Below, one piece after another: positions 54,013 to 64,000 of a stretch of DNA of 64,000 bases. The number at the start of each line of letters is the position of its first letter. Within the stretch, counting starts at the first letter, position 1. This stretch comes from Octopus vulgaris (lineage: Eukaryota), in contig OX597821.1 in assembly GCA_951406725.2 (NCBI GenBank), positions 116,312,001 to 116,376,000 on the forward strand, in the 5' to 3' direction. The notes beneath the pieces were generated by a model. The model did not search any database, had not been told where the DNA came from, and saw only the letters and a list, made by a program, of their open reading frames with translations. A program made the translations under genes and the position numbers.

Positions 54013-54090
54013 GAATGTACTGAAGAAGTCACGGACACTTGAATTATGCAAGTAATTCTTTTGTTAAGACCGAAACCGAGGTATGCATTT
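54013..54090 (+). ncRNA. Type I hammerhead ribozyme motif
   Basis: Stem I GAAUGUA/UGCAUUU and core CUGAAGA at 54020-54026. Stem II is (A)GUC/GAC(C) with an inner ACUUG/CAAGU hairpin. GAAA at 54072-54075, stem III ACC-GA-GGU, and predicted cleavage after GUA at 54083. Confidence 0.8.
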
Positions 54091-56291
54091 AAGTCTGTTT
54101 TTTATTTAATTTTTCATATGTCCTGCCCGCCAAATTTGGTTCTGGTGTTCGCTGAATTCTTCCTCTAGAGAATTTCCCTCGTAGTTTGATCGTTGATGAT
54201 CTTTTTCTAGCATTCTGGCCGGCTACCTAGCAGGCCAGCCCTGCCAATATACACATATATTTGAATTTTCTCTGACTCCTCAGATTTTTTGAATGCTGGA
54301 CTACTGGTTTTAAATTGATATTAAAATTAATATTAATTTATCTCCCTCAATTTTTAAATATTTTATATATATATATGTGTGTTTGCGTGTGTGTGTGTGT
54401 GTGTGTAGGTGTGTCTTTGTGTGAGTGTTTGGCCACCCCACCACTTGACAACTGAGTTGATTTGTTTGAATAAACTCTTCAAGGTAGAGCCCCAGCATGA
54501 CCACAGTCCAGTGGCTGAAAAAAGTAAAGAGAGAAGTAAATTGCTTTTAATACCACCATTAAAAGAAAATAATAGCGGTGAGAAAAAGAAATTAAAAGAA
54601 TAGTTACTGATTGTTTTACAAAGAACCTTTTGACAAAATTGGGTTTTGTTTCTTGTTTCCTTTCATTTCTGCCATCTACTTTTTAAAAAAAGACTCTACA
54701 GCTCTGTTAGGGATAAATTAATCAACACAACCTTCGCATAAATAATGTGGCTGTTCAAAATGGCATGAGGTATATTGTTACAATTGACAGTGCATTCATT
54801 CTTGCTGCTTGTGAGAAAGGCAACTGCAAAATCTGAAACTGATGTTTGATCTCTGTGCACTTGCTTTCTTGCTTGTACTGCTGTTAAAATAAATGAAAGG
54901 TATTTGCAATACAAATACTTATCTCTCAAGAGTTGTGCAAAGTGGTATAAAACATTATAGTTGAGCATAGTTTAACACAAAAGACAAGCAAACTTATCTT
55001 TCCTTTATATCTTTTTTGAAACTTTTTGCAATATAGAATGAGACCCCATAAAAGACTGCCTAAAAATAAAGAGTCAGTAAAATAATTTTTGAGCTTGTGA
55101 AGTAGTTTACATGTGGTTCCTCAAATAGCTAAAACTCATTTTTGTCTTGAAAATGATATCCAAACAAAATACTCATGATAAAACTGTGAACTATAAAAAA
55201 TACTGAGTAAGCAGTACCAGGGCTTTGTTCTTGTGGAGTATTTCTATGTAATTTTGTAGCTATTTCTGAACAGCAGCAAAGAAATGAGTCAATGAAGAGC
55301 CTATATTTGGTCACTCAACCTGCTAGAAATAGTTGTTAAATCTCTCTCAAATCATACAGTCTTTGATAATAAAAAAAAAAGATAAACCATCTGTGAAGTT
55401 GGGATGGTCATGGCTGGAATGCTTTTGATTATAGCTCTTTTTGATAAGTGTTGATCTGGTGTTAAATAACATCATCAACAAAGAAACTATCAGTTTTATG
55501 TTCTGTAAAACAAAATCAATAAGCCAGGTGTTAAATTTTAATGACTATTTATGAATTTTTTTTTTATTATGCTTTCAGAAAACTTAATGGCCAGGAGTAG
55601 AACCAATTGCAAGGATACTGTTCATTACAACAAAGTCACTCACGAACATTAATGCTACAAGTATTTTAACAGTATTTCAAGGTAAATGTTTTGTTCTCAT
55701 CAAATTTAAGTAGCATTTTAGATTAAAACAATTTAAAGGAGGTTTAATAACAATTATTAGCTACACATTAGAGCACATCACCACTGGCCATATTTTGTCA
55801 ATAAAAAACAGAGCTCAGACTTTCCCTTTATCTGAAACAGGTAATGTGAATACAATCATGCGGCAAATGATACGTTCTGTTAGACAACTGGAGGTAAACA
55901 TTAATGGGTAATTAGCTGTTCTTCATGCTTTGTCTAAAGGCATTATGAATCCAAGTTTACAGAATACGTTACATTTGAAGAATTGTGACTGTTTGTAGAC
56001 TCAACTCATCAAAAGCTTTTTTACTCAACATACTACAAATCTTTTTTTTTCATTATCATCGTAATCATCATCATCATTATCATCATCATCATTTTAATGT
56101 TCACTTCTCCATGCATACATGGGTTGAATGGAGTTTATTAAGGCAGATTTTCTATGACCAAATGCCCTTCCTGTTGCCAGCAATCACCTGTTTCCAAGCA
56201 AGGTAATATTTTCTCATGGCCAGACATGGCCACAATGCTCATTCACAACTATCACACAATGTTAAAACAAGGAGACACAAACATGCACACA

Positions 56292-56610
56292 CTCCTAGAA
56301 GGATGCCCTAACAAAGGCTAGGAGTCCTTCACTCACAATGGTTTAACCGCGCGATCGGGTATTCAGTCTGATTATTTCTATGTCCCTGTGCATGATACAG
56401 CCTTAAGACATTTATTGGATGGCCGTTGACTCTCAAGAGTTTCTCCGCCCTTTGATGGGTTTTGTTTTTCATCCCACAGAGTGTCCAATAAACACCCTCC
56501 TCACCAAGCAAGCTTGGTGGGGTTGCCGATTTAGTTGCCGACAACCCGACCATGCAACAGGTTGTACTGGGTTACATGTTACCAGTAGCACTCGCAAGTG
56601 ACCTGACATA
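56292..56610. repeat. GC-rich, CpG-retaining unclassified element (possible LINE 5' UTR)
   Basis: Composition differs from its flanks. Hairpins CACCAAGC/GCTTGGTG and ACTCCTAG/CTAGGAGT; abuts a (CATA)n tract. Confidence 0.4.
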
Positions 56611-56611
56611 A

Positions 56612-56712
56612 CACACATACATACATACTACATACATACATACATACATACATACATACATACATACATACATACATACATACATACATACATACATACA
56701 TACATACATACA

Positions 56713-56744
<32 letters not shown>

Positions 56745-56880
56745 CATACATACATACGATGGGCTTCTTTCAGTTTCTGTCTATTAAATCTACTCACAAG
56801 GCTTTTGTTGACATGAAGCTGTAACAGAAGACACTTGCCATGCAGTATGCCTGAAGCAAACTTCTCAGCCACACAGCCTG
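56612..56880 (-). mobile_element. (CATA)n microsatellite plus family-A SINE head
   Basis: CGATGGGCTTCTTTCAGTTTC...CAGCCACACAGCC. Confidence 0.8.
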
Positions 56881-57286
56881 CATCTCACAACCACATGTGA
56901 TCAACTATTAACACTTTGGCATCACCAAAGACTGAAACTTTAGACACATTTTAGTTACATTCCTGGTGTTATTTCTTCATTCCTCTCACTCGTTTTAACT
57001 TTCATTTATACCCGTATAGATTAAGCTCTTTGGTTTAAATATTATTGTATAGCCCTTTCTAATTTTGGCACAAGGCCAGAAACTTTGAAGGAAGGGGTAA
57101 GTCAATTACATCAACCTCTGTGCTCAGCTGGTACTTATTTTATCTACTCCAAAGGGATGTAAAGCAAAGTCTACCTCAGCAGCTTATAAATGTAGTGACC
57201 TGCAAGAACTGCTGCTAAGCATTTTGTTTATTGTGCTAATGATTCTGCCATCTTGTTACATTGCAGAGTGACATATTAACAATAAG

Positions 57287-57641
57287 AACAAGAGCACTCA
57301 GAGAGTGCAAACCTCTGCCAAGGCAACACCAGTGTCCTCTCAGCAATTAGCTGGAGATGATTTTTAAAATGAGAATATCTGAAATAAACTCAACTGCTCT
57401 CACAAATGAGAATACTAAAAATAAACCCAACCGCTCTCAAAAATTAAGTAAAAAAAAGAAACGGAAAAATAATCCAAAAAAATAATCCCAAAATCTAATC
57501 AATTTGTGCCAGTCACGAGGCTAAACATCTCTGAAAGTTTCACCTGAATCCATCCAGTGGTTCTTGAGATGTCTTGTCCATGGACAAACAAACAAACATG
57601 ACTGAAAACAATACCCCTACCTTCGCTAAGGCAGAGGTAAT
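57287..57641 (+). mobile_element. Helentron-associated non-autonomous element (HINE/DINE-like)
   Basis: Starts AACAAGAGCACTCAGAGAGTGC (hairpin) and has subterminal inverted repeats ACCTCTGCC / GGCAGAGGT. An (ACAA)n microsatellite precedes a terminal hairpin CCTT-CGCT-AAGG. Confidence 0.7.
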
Positions 57642-58094
57642 TATGCTTGTCTAACAATAGGTCCTTTTGTGGATGTCTTGCTTTCTTTTTAGATATATTT
57701 TTTTATTGTGTATTGGTTTAATAAATTTAAAGGAAAAAGGTCAAAGTTAAAAGCTTAATTTGGAAAATTAATCATGTATCATTTGAATATTAATAACAAC
57801 ATATTATCGTTAATTTATTATTAGGTGATTTATTATCTTTAATTGTACTTTTCAAGATATTAGAAATACATATATGTGTCAGAAATATTTGTGGTAAGGT
57901 TAAGAAGCTATGAACTGACTTTATGTTCATAAGTTCTGAACTTATTACAGCTATTGTTTTAGTTTGCTTCACTGAAGTAAAAAAAAGTAGGCAACCTTTT
58001 GGTAAGAAAATGCACTTGCTCTATAAAGCACAGTTTCAAGAAATAAATTATCCCAACCATAGAAAATGGATGTAAGATGTGAATCAGTTATGCA

Positions 58095-58282
58095 TGTGCT
58101 GGTGGCACATAAAAAGCACCCACTACAGTCTTGGAGTGATTGGCATTAGGAAGTGCATACAGTTGTAGGAATCTTGCCAGATCAGATTGGAGCCTGGTGC
58201 AGTCCCTTGGCTTTTCAAACCTCAGTCAAACCATCCAACCCATGCCAGCATGGAAAATGGATGTTAAACGATAACGATGGTA
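58095..58282 (+). mobile_element. RTE-LINE 3' end (family R)
   Basis: Family-R motifs and tail. Confidence 0.85.
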
Positions 58283-58304
58283 ATGTATGTGAATATATAT
58301 ATGT

Positions 58305-58532
58305 ATTCTTTCATTCTTTTACTTGTTTCAGTCATTTGACTGTAGCCATGCTGGAGCACTGCCTTTAGTCGAACAAATCGACCCCAGAACTTATTCTTTC
58401 TAAACCTAGTACTTATCTTATCAGTCTCTTTTGCTGAACCGCTAAGTTACACGGATGTAAATACACCAACATCGATTGTTAAGTGATGGTGGGGGACAAA
58501 CACAGACACACAACACACAAACATATACATGC

Positions 58533-58587
<55 letters not shown>

Positions 58588-58747
58588 GCTTCTTTCAGTT
58601 TCCATCTACCAAATCCATTCACAAGGCTTTGGTCAACTCAGGGCTATAGCAAAAGACTCTTGTCCATGGTGCCATACAGTGGGACTGAACCCGGAACCAT
58701 GTGGTTGGTAAGCAAGCTACATACCACACAGCCACCCCTGCACCTAT
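58305..58747 (-). mobile_element. Family-A SINE, full length
   Basis: All family motifs; its 5' end abuts the U6 copy. Confidence 0.92.
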
Positions 58748-58748
58748 G

Positions 58749-58845
58749 AAAATATATCGAACGCTTTAAGAATTTGCGTGTTGTCCTTGCACATGAGCCA
58801 TGATAATCTTCTGTGTATCATTCCAATTTTAGAATATGTGCTGCC
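58749..58845 (-). pseudogene. U6: U6 snRNA pseudogene (retrocopy lacking about the first 11 nt)
   Basis: Minus strand reads GGCAGCACATATTCTAAAATTGGAATGATACACAGAAGATTATCATGGCTCATGTGCAAGGACAACACGCAAATTCTTAAAGCGTTCGATATATTTT, about 85% identical to canonical U6 by eye. The ACAGAGA box and AGC triad are mutated. Confidence 0.93.
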
Positions 58846-58854
58846 ATAATATAA

Positions 58855-59185
58855 TCATCATCATCATAACCATCATCATCATTTAACATCTGTTTTCCAT
58901 GCTAACCTGGGGTGTATGGTTTGGCCTGAGCTGGCAAGCAGGCAAACTGCACTGAGTCCAGTCTGATTTGACCCTTCCTAATGCCAACCACTTTACAGAG
59001 TGTGTTGGGTGCTTTTTACATGGTGGCTCCAGCACAGAGCTCTTGCAGGCCAATTCTCTTCAGCAGAGGGAGTGGCATTAACACTTCTACTGTGAAGGCT
59101 GGGCCTTCTTGAGTATAGCAAGGCACCAGATATCTCAGTCCTTCATCATCCCCTCCATTAGGTTCAGTCTTCTGAGGTCATCCTT
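58855..59185 (-). mobile_element. RTE-LINE 3' end (family R) with ORF-end remnant
   Basis: (CAT)n tail, family-R motifs and GCACCAGATATCTCAGTC, the reverse complement of 42179-42197. Confidence 0.75.
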
Positions 59186-59501
59186 TGGTACTTCTTATAT
59201 ACGTGGGTATGTGTGCATGTGTATCTGTGTATGTGTATATGTATATATACATAAATATATACATATACATATATATATACATATATATATATATATATGA
59301 TAGGTATTGGTATCCAGAAGACCCAAGATGGCAGGTAAGGCTATATAAGTGCTATGGGAGGACCATAGTTAGACTCTCAGTTCAATAATAATACGAGTGC
59401 TGGAGTCTAATGTGGGTCTTGTGTGAACATGTCTATGTTAAATAAAATGGGACAACAAAACCAAGGCCATGTGGAATCTATAAGACATTTATAAAGAGAA
59501 A

Positions 59502-59549
59502 GTCTTACAGCTGTTTCTGGGATATTAGGGATATCCCTTCATCAGAGAT
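59502..59549 (-). ncRNA. Minimal type I hammerhead ribozyme motif
   Basis: UCU-CUGAUGA-A-GGGAUAU(cccua)AUAUCCC-A-GAAA-CAGCUG-UA-AGA. Stem III is the perfect palindrome ACAGCUGU. Confidence 0.8.
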
Positions 59550-59875
59550 GATATGAGAGAGTTAACTAGAGGGAAATAGTAGAGTTCAGTATAAGGAGTT
59601 ATTTTGGCAAAGGATGGATATAGGAAGTATAAAGGGAAATAAGAAAATAAAAATAACAATATATGTAGGATGTTACAGTTGCAGTTCCGTTATCCAAAGA
59701 AAGTGCTGTGTAGAATGGGTAGAAATGCTTCTTGTCCATGGTATGCAGATTCCGATAGGAGGTCATATTTTGTTATTACAAGTGGATAGTGTCCACTTGT
59801 AATAACAAAATATATAACTCTTTATATACAACTCATTATATTGAACTATTTCCCTCTAGTTAACTTGCACATATC

Positions 59876-59923
59876 GTCTTTGATGAAGGGATATCCCTAA
59901 TATCCCAGAAACAGCCGTAAGAC
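59876..59923 (+). ncRNA. Minimal hammerhead motif, core C3>U variant
   Basis: GUCU-UUGAUGA-A-GGGAUAU/AUAUCCC-A-GAAA-CAGCCG-UA-AGAC. Confidence 0.65.
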
Positions 59924-59992
59924 AAACTCTTTCTCTTTATATATGTCCTATAAATTCCACATAGCCTTGGTTTTGTTGTCTCTTTTTATTTA

Positions 59993-60026
<34 letters not shown>

Positions 60027-60033
60027 GTATGTA

Positions 60034-60079
<46 letters not shown>

Positions 60080-60409
60080 TGGAGGTGTAACAGTGAAGTA
60101 TGAAGTGTGCTTTCCCAACCATGCGGTCGGGAATCTCAACATATGACTTGTAGAGTAGGGAAGAATTGGTAAAACACCAGACAAAATGCCTTTTGTATTT
60201 AGTTGTATCCTTTTATATTCTTAGTACAAATGTCACTAACTTTGCCCTTCACTTTCCCAAGGTTGATAAAATAAATATCAGTTAAATATTGGGATTGGTT
60301 TTAACAAATATGCCTTCTTACCAAATTTGTGGCCTCTTGTCAATGTTAATCAATCTTAACCCACTTTTAAGTGCAATGTTAATCTTTTAATGAGATTTGC
60401 TCTAATATA

Positions 60410-60988
60410 GTGCAGGCATGGCTGTCTGGTAAGAAGCTTGCTTCCCAACCACATGGTTCTGGGCTCTGTCCCACTGCGTAGCAGCTTGGGTAGGTGTCTT
60501 CTATTATAGCCTAAGGCTGACCAAAGCCTTGTGAGTTGATTTAGTAAACAGAAACTGAAAGAATTTCATTGTATATATATATATCATCATCATCATCATT
60601 TAACATCCGCTTTCCATGCAGACATGGGTTGAATGGTTTGACAGGAGCTGACCAGGCAGAAAACTACCCCAGGCTACTATGTCTGTTTTGGCATGGTTTT
60701 TACAGCTGGATGCCCTTCCATTCTGTTGTATTCCGTTACAGTGTGGACTGGATGCTTTTTATGTGGTACCAGTACCGACATGTGTGTATGTGTTTGTCCC
60801 CCACCACTGCTTGTCAAGCAGTGTTGATTTGTTTATGCCCCTATAACTTAGTGGTTCAGTAAAAGAAACTAATATAATAAGTACCAGGCTCAAAAAAAAG
60901 TTCTAGGGTTGATTTGTTTGACTAAGATTCATCAAAGTGGTGCCCCAGCATGGCCACAATCTAATGACTGAAACAAGTAAAAGAAAGA
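60410..60988 (+). mobile_element. Family-A SINE interrupted by a family-R tail (60585-60780, -)
   Basis: Head at 60410-60572 and tail at 60781-60988. Confidence 0.88.
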
Positions 60989-61598
60989 TAAATGATGATA
61001 GATGGAATATTTTATCATAGAGTTATGTCTTTGTTTTGCTTTTATTACTAATATTACTCTTTTGGTTCTCTGAATTCCTAGTTGTATATAAAGCATCATG
61101 TTATTGCTACCATCATTCTGTTGTATTCCTTATGCCTGTTTCTTCTATTGATTAAAATAAAAACAAAAAAATATAGAAAAATATTGCATATACAATTGGC
61201 TGAAAAGGTTTTTTTTCCAAAGAATTTCTGGACTAACATTACTCAACAGAGTGCATAGCTCAGTGATCAGAGAGTCTCTGCAAGCCAAGTTGCTACTTCT
61301 CTGCATTGAGAGGTCACAGCTTTAGTATTATGGACATATGATTAGAATGTCACAGGCAGGAATCACAAGTTGGATTCTTCAGCGATAACAACGAATTTTA
61401 AAAAATTGAAATATGTAATAGCTGGCACTTTCTTGAAATAAATTTACGATAGAGTTAATTTCAATACTAGTTAAAAGACGTTGTTTAATTCCTTGAAACT
61501 AATTCGTTATCAACTTCATATATCCTAAGATATTTTATTTACATAATATATGTGAGAACAGAAAAGAGTCTTAACTTATGAAATATTTTTATATAAAC

Positions 61599-61923
61599 TA
61601 GTGGTTCTGAACTGGAGTCCATAGAAGATTTTTTGGGGTCCACATAACAAAACAGTAAATTGGGGATCCACAATATTATTTTAAGGGCCCCTGAAAAATT
61701 TTTTCTTTAGATGTATGCATTGCTATGTATTGCAAGAAACAGCTGGGTTTCTTTCTCTAACATTTACACAGTTCAAGCTACAAAAGTTCATGTGTGAAAA
61801 ACAAAATTGGAATTTTGAAAGAAGTTTTTATAAAATGTTTACATTGAATAGCTATTAGGGTCCACCAGAATGAAATAGTAACCAAAGAAGTCCATAAATA
61901 AAAAAAATAGTTGAGAACCCCTG
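61599..61923. mobile_element. hAT (Charlie-type) MITE with 8-bp TSD
   Basis: TIRs TAGTGGTTCTGAACT / AGTTGAGAACCCCTG. TSD ATATAAAC at 61591-61598 and 61924-61931. Confidence 0.9.
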
Positions 61924-62467
61924 ATATAAACTGTATAAGGGAGTTGTAACTCATTTTACTCTAGAAAAACTTATTATATACCTCATAATAATACATGATA
62001 TTGTTTCCCTGTCTTTTATATTTAATTACCATTTTTATTAAAATGTTTAACAATAACATATATATTTAACCTGATTTAAGTATTTGGCATTTTAAATTCC
62101 TATTCTTCAAGCTGAAGTATCATATTTCAAACTGGAAATACACAAAGAAGAAATATAGTACTTATAACTTTTGTAGTCTCATAACTGAGTCCATTCAAAT
62201 ACTATAAAATAAGACTAAAAGAAATTTAAGCCAGTTGAGGAGAAGTTATGAGAAGTCATTTTAAAAGCTATTTTGACTATAAATTTCTGCTCAGATCTGC
62301 TTCAGACTTTAATGAGTTTGTTACATTAAAAAACAAATTCATTAAATATATATTTTAGAATTAATACAGTACAATATTATACTGGCATTCCTATTAAATT
62401 TCACTGCTTTTATTACATAAACATTTTAATGCTAGCATATTAAAAAATTAGTTTTAAACATATACAA

Positions 62468-62507
62468 CAGTGGCAGCAGCAGTAGCAGCAGCAGCAGTAG
62501 CAGTAGC

Positions 62508-62561
<54 letters not shown>

Positions 62562-62572
62562 GGTGGTGGTGG
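62468..62572. repeat. (GCA)/(GTA)/(GTG)n microsatellite
   Basis: Direct reading. Confidence 0.95.
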
Positions 62573-64000
62573 TTTTTTTGTTTGAAATTAAATATGGAAA
62601 AAAATGTATGTGCCTTAATTTATATAAATTAGTTATATTTATTTGCTTATAACATTAATTTTCACTTATAAGGTTTATTGTCTTTGTATGTCCTTTTTCA
62701 TTAATCAACATAGAAAAGTAATGTGGATTTCATCAAAATGTTAATAAGTCTATTGTTGATCTTGTGAATACAATGAAGAAAATAGATTCTACTCTAATAT
62801 TTCTCAAGACAAGTGTATGTAAAGTAGATTTGTGTAGGAGTCCAATGAAGAAATTACTTTATATAATTACTGTGTATTTACCAATGAAATGATTTGCACA
62901 ATTTTACATCACGATCTCTATGGTTACGAGAAATTACATATCTGTGTTACTGTTGCTTCTTTTCTGATTGGCTATTGAAATCCTGAAAAACCACCACATT
63001 ATATAAAATGGATTCTATAGGCATGTTATGTGTCTTGATAGATACTTGCTTTAATCAAATTTAATTTCATATTTCCTTTCATTCAAAATTTAGAGGTTAT
63101 TTTAAGAATTTATGGGCTTTGACATTTTTGTATCATATTAAATCTGTTTTATTGACATTCATTTTGAATAAATTTTTACTGATGCCTCTAAAAATAGCAG
63201 AATCAATTTATCCTTGTTTGATTATTGATATATTGGATTTTATATATTAGCGAGCTAGTTGGTACACCTTCACTTTGACCTGTTTTGTTATCAATTAAGA
63301 TATTTTGACTACACACACACACACACACGCACACGAACAAACACATACATATATATAATCTTGAAATCACTTGTTATAGTAATTCATGTGTGACTGGAAT
63401 ATGAAAATAAAATATGATAATAAATCTTGGTAAAATTTAATACAAAAATCTGAAGCTTCCATTAAAAGAAATAAAAATTACAATTGTGTAATAATTATTA
63501 TCAATAATGTTATGTAGTAGTATTTTTCTTTTCAATAACGATTGTCAAATCTGAAAAGGAAACTGCTATTGTAACTATCAGTTCATGGATGTTAACTTTC
63601 TACTCTCAATACTTGTATGATCTGTCACAACAATGCAGTATTCAGTGTTTGTTACTGCTGATACTACTGCTACAAACTGCTGCTGTTGCTGCTGCTGCTG
63701 ATGCAGCTTCCTTAATTCTCTCTCTTCTTCTTTCAGTTTCTACTTCTATGTCAGTTACTGGCTGCTGTCTTCTAGCTTTTGGTTGTGTGTTTCTTCTCTA
63801 ATTGGATTCACCCAAAATGGGGTAATCAATATAGTCATAGAAAGTGGTGGCAACGATTGGTGGCTTGCTGTAGCCTTTTCTTCAGTATTGATTTGAGGGG
63901 GTTTCAGCTCCATGGTGAAGCTGGCGCAGTTTTACCATATATAGATATTTGCCTCGAGCTCTTTCTTTCCATTGATAATCTTTGTTAATACCAGAACATA

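Larger units (their letters stand above)
53677..54251. repeat. Long near-perfect inverted repeat (239-bp arms, 97-bp spacer), probable Penelope-like element derivative
   Basis: Arms 53677-53915 and 54013-54251 are reverse complements with two mismatches by eye. Flanked by (TA)n. Confidence 0.95.
53345..54540 (+). mobile_element. Family-A SINE (head 53345-53478, tail about 54370-54540) enclosing nested insertions
   Basis: CTTTGGGCAAGTGTCTTCTAC head; CCACTTGACAAC...CCCAGCATGACCACAGTC tail. Confidence 0.7.
59436..59995. repeat. Imperfect inverted repeat (~165-bp arms) with paired hammerhead motifs, probable Penelope-like derivative
   Basis: 59436 to about 59605 versus about 59815-59995 in reverse complement. 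Confidence 0.9.

Noticed and set aside
54696-54968. 90-aa ORF with a possible minus-strand acceptor
   Set aside because: No recognisable domain and no good donor site.
63590-63960. GC-richer segment with CAG repeats and a short LKSILKK-containing frame on the minus strand
   Set aside because: Frames are short and interrupted; cannot distinguish an exon from a decayed repeat.

Overview
AT-rich, microsatellite-dense eukaryotic DNA that is intergenic or intronic. The repeat repertoire strongly suggests a coleoid cephalopod such as Octopus (inferred from repeat style, not confirmed by search). No host protein-coding gene can be supported; nearly all listed ORFs are microsatellite or transposon artefacts. 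The window holds several tRNA-derived SINE families and fragments of RTE, CR1-group and R4/Dong LINEs. It also has an internally deleted mariner, piggyBac-like and hAT-like MITEs, Helitron/Helentron-type elements and a U6 snRNA retrocopy fused to a SINE. The most notable signal is a set of unrelated type I hammerhead ribozyme motifs of the minimal, Penelope-associated kind. Two of them occur as outward-facing pairs in long inverted repeats within (TA)n tracts: 53677-54251 (arms about 99% identical) and about 59436-59995. Coordinates were read by eye, and ends of decayed repeats are approximate.
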